From: Chiloscyllium plagiosum
Taxonomy: Eukaryota
Length of the DNA stretch: 64,000 bases
Assembly (NCBI RefSeq): GCF_004010195.1
Contig: NC_057757.1
Coordinates: forward strand, 4,427,049-4,491,048
Direction: 5' to 3'
In this document: positions 61,531-64,000 of the stretch, one piece after another
Layout of the letters: each line of letters begins with the position of its first letter
Position numbering within the stretch: position 1 is the stretch's first letter
Notes under the pieces: model-generated
The model's database searches: none
What the model saw: the letters and a program-made list of their open reading frames with translations, nothing else
Told to the model about the DNA's origin: nothing
Made by a program: the position numbers and the translations under genes

Positions 61531-62418
61531 TTAACATGGTGACGACTGTAATCCTGTTTCAGGGGAAGTGCGGCCTCTCCAGATGTGTCCACGTTACCTG
61601 GTAGCCATGGCAGCAGCGAATCTATGGACCTTTGATCTAATATGGAGGCATAATCCTTCAGTTTATGTCTTGCAATTCAGTTTCATGATGTATATCCCAA
61701 CACTACGCTGTTGTAGATTAGATTAGATTACTTACAGTGTGGAAACAGGCCCTTCGGCCCAACAAGTCCACACCGACCCGCCAAAGCGCAACCCACCCAT
61801 ACCCCTTCATGATGTATATCCCAACACTACGCTGTTGTGTTCTACACAGTCTGGTTCATAGTTGATCGTGACATCGCTATTTGTCACCGGAGGCTGAAAA
61901 CTAAATACTGCATAGAGAAAACAGTGACTGTGGTTCTCGCAACAACTGCTCTGCTCTTTTCATTGAAAAAAACTTACTGGTAGTTTATGTACAGAAGTAG
62001 ACATGGGTCGCAAATCTCTCCTGGTGTTGTCACGTGACACAAACTGTTGTGCAATCAAAAGTGTGGGGTGCTGTTAAAGTCATCCACTATGTACTAACAC
62101 CATGCATTCCATTTATTGTGATCTTGCTGTTCAATGCTTTAACGGTCAGGTACATTTTAGGGACTAACAGAGCCCGCATCAGACTCCAGAGTGATGGCTG
62201 TGGAGAGTGTCCCAGTCACCCTGAGATGGAGAGTCTCAGGAAGCCCATTACGATCCTGTCGGCTATATCAGGGAACTTCATATTGTCATGGGGAATATTT
62301 ATTGGAGAATGGAGAACCTTGGATATGAGTCACTGGCATCTATGCAATAACACAACACAAATTCAGAGAAGAGGTGAAATATCTGTTATCGTTTTCATTT
62401 ATTACCAATACAAAATAA
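61531..62418 (+). pseudogene. GPR139/GPR142-like GPCR pseudogene (exon 2 homologue)
   Basis: Acceptor tcctgtccAG, then VNMVTTVILFQGKCGLSRCV, frameshift near 61590, YLVAMAAA, SINE insertion at 61715-61805, TAG at 61981, VIHYVLTPCIPF...FNALTVR, deletion across TM6-TM7, IYAITQHKFREEVK...TAA. Confidence 0.93.
61715..61805 (-). mobile_element. 5'-truncated V-SINE 3' end with 33-bp flanking direct repeat
   Basis: agattagattagattacttacagtgtggaaacaggccc...; identical flanks at 61682-61714 and 61806-61838. Confidence 0.92.
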
Positions 62419-62497
62419 TTTCAAACAGGAAAAGAAATTATCGCCAGTGCATCACCAGGTCCGTGTTTTTATTTGTCTGTTGCTGAATGGTTTCTGC

Positions 62498-64000
62498 ATA
62501 GAGTCATACAGTCTTACAGCACAGAGACAGGGTCTTCGGCCCTAACTGCTCCATGCCAACCAAAATGTCTGTCCATGGTAACCGCATTTCACTGCATTTG
62601 GCCCATATCCTTCTAATCCTTTCCTATCTATGTAATTGTCCGATTGCCTTTTCAGTGTTATTAATGTACCCACCTCAACCACTTCCACTGGCAGCTCATT
62701 CCATATGCGTAAAAAAGGTTGTCCCTCAGGTTCCCTTTTATTCTTTCCCCTCTAACCTTAAACTGATGCCCTCTAGACTTTGATTCCCCAACCCTGGGTA
62801 AGAGACTGAGTGCATTCACCTTATCCATGCCTCTCATGATCTTATACCCCTCAATATGATCCCCCTCCGTCTCCTATGCTCTAAAGAAAATGTCCTAGCT
62901 TGTCCAACCTCTCCCTGATGAGCCCTGGCAACATTCTTGTAAATTTCTTCTGCACTATTTCCAGTTTAATAACATCCTTCCTGTAGCAAGATGACCAAAA
63001 CTGAACACAATGCTCCAAGTGTGGTCTCCCCGATGTCCTGTACAACTGCAACATAACTTCCCAACTTCTATACTCAGTGGCCTGACTGATGAAGGCTGAT
63101 GTGTCCTGTCTTCACTCCCTGTCAACCTGTGATTCCACTTTCAGAGAACCGTGCACCTGAACTGCAAGGTCTTTCTGTTCCTCTACACTCCTTAAGGCCC
63201 TACCATTCACCATGAAACACCTACCTTGATCTGACTTTCCAAAATGCAACACATCACTTTTATCTATATTAAACTCCACTTGCCAATTCTTGGTTCACTG
63301 CCCCAGCTGAACAAGATTCTGCTGCAATTTCCGACATCCTTCCTCACCGCCCACGATGCCACCTATTTTAATGTCATCTGCAAACTTAGTAATCACGCCT
63401 TGTACATTCTCATCCAACTCATTGATACAGATAACAAACAGCAATGAACCCACCACCGAGCCCTGGGGCACTCCACTAGTCACAGGCCTCCAGTCCAAAA
63501 ATCATCCTTCCACTGTTACTCCCTGCTTCCTACCATCAAGTCAATCCCACCGGATTCCATGCAATCTAGTCTTCCAGAGCAGCCTACCATGTGGAACCTT
63601 ATCAAAAGCCTTACTGAAATCCATTTGAACTACATCTACTGAACTGCCCTCGTCAACCTTCCTGGTCACTTCATCAAAGAATTCTAGTAAATTTGTGAGG
63701 CATGATCTCCCACTCACAAAGACATGCTAACTACTCCCTAATCAAGCGCTGTGTCTCCAAATGCATGTACATCTTATCTCTCAGAATCTTCCCAAGTAAC
63801 GTACTCACCATAGATTTTAAGCTCACTGGTCTATAGTTCCTGGGCTTCTCTTTTGTAAGTAAAGGCACAACATTCGCTACCCTTCAGTCTTCCGGGACCT
63901 CACCCATGGCTGATGATGATGATGATGCAAAAATATCAGCCAGAGCTCCTGCAATTTCTTAGCTAGCTTCTTGCAGTGTTTTTGGATATGGCTGGTCAGG
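62498..64000 (-). mobile_element. CR1-type LINE RT region to 3' end, runs off window
   Basis: VTSGVPQGSVVGSLLFVICIN...KFADDIKIGG. Confidence 0.93.

Overview
Repeat-rich vertebrate genomic DNA, almost certainly a shark or other elasmobranch, inferred from HE1/V-type tRNA-SINEs, abundant CR1 LINEs and the receptor family present. There are four assembly gaps. Well-supported genes: exons 2 and 3 of MED11 (+, 3024-4693; exon 1 not visible), two intact two-exon class A GPCR genes of the GPR139/GPR142-like family (+, 40418-44655 and 52568-54235), and a third copy that is a pseudogene (61531-62418). A weaker candidate spliced gene of unknown product lies on the minus strand (about 18870 to 8031), converging on MED11. 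Most of the rest is mobile DNA: CR1 LINE fragments, V-SINEs, DeuSINE-like SINEs, a decayed Gypsy element with integrase upstream of RT (Gmr1-like order), a CpG-rich LTR fragment and Penelope-like elements. The most notable non-coding signal is about ten minimal hammerhead-ribozyme motifs (CUGANGA-A-stem II-GAA-palindromic tetramer) in three Penelope-associated families, often in fold-back palindromes. Hammerheads in Penelope elements are already known, so I cannot claim a wholly new system. The best leads are the ribozyme/fold-back elements, the orphan GPCR array and the unassigned minus-strand gene. Most ORFs in the supplied track are repeat-derived or spurious.
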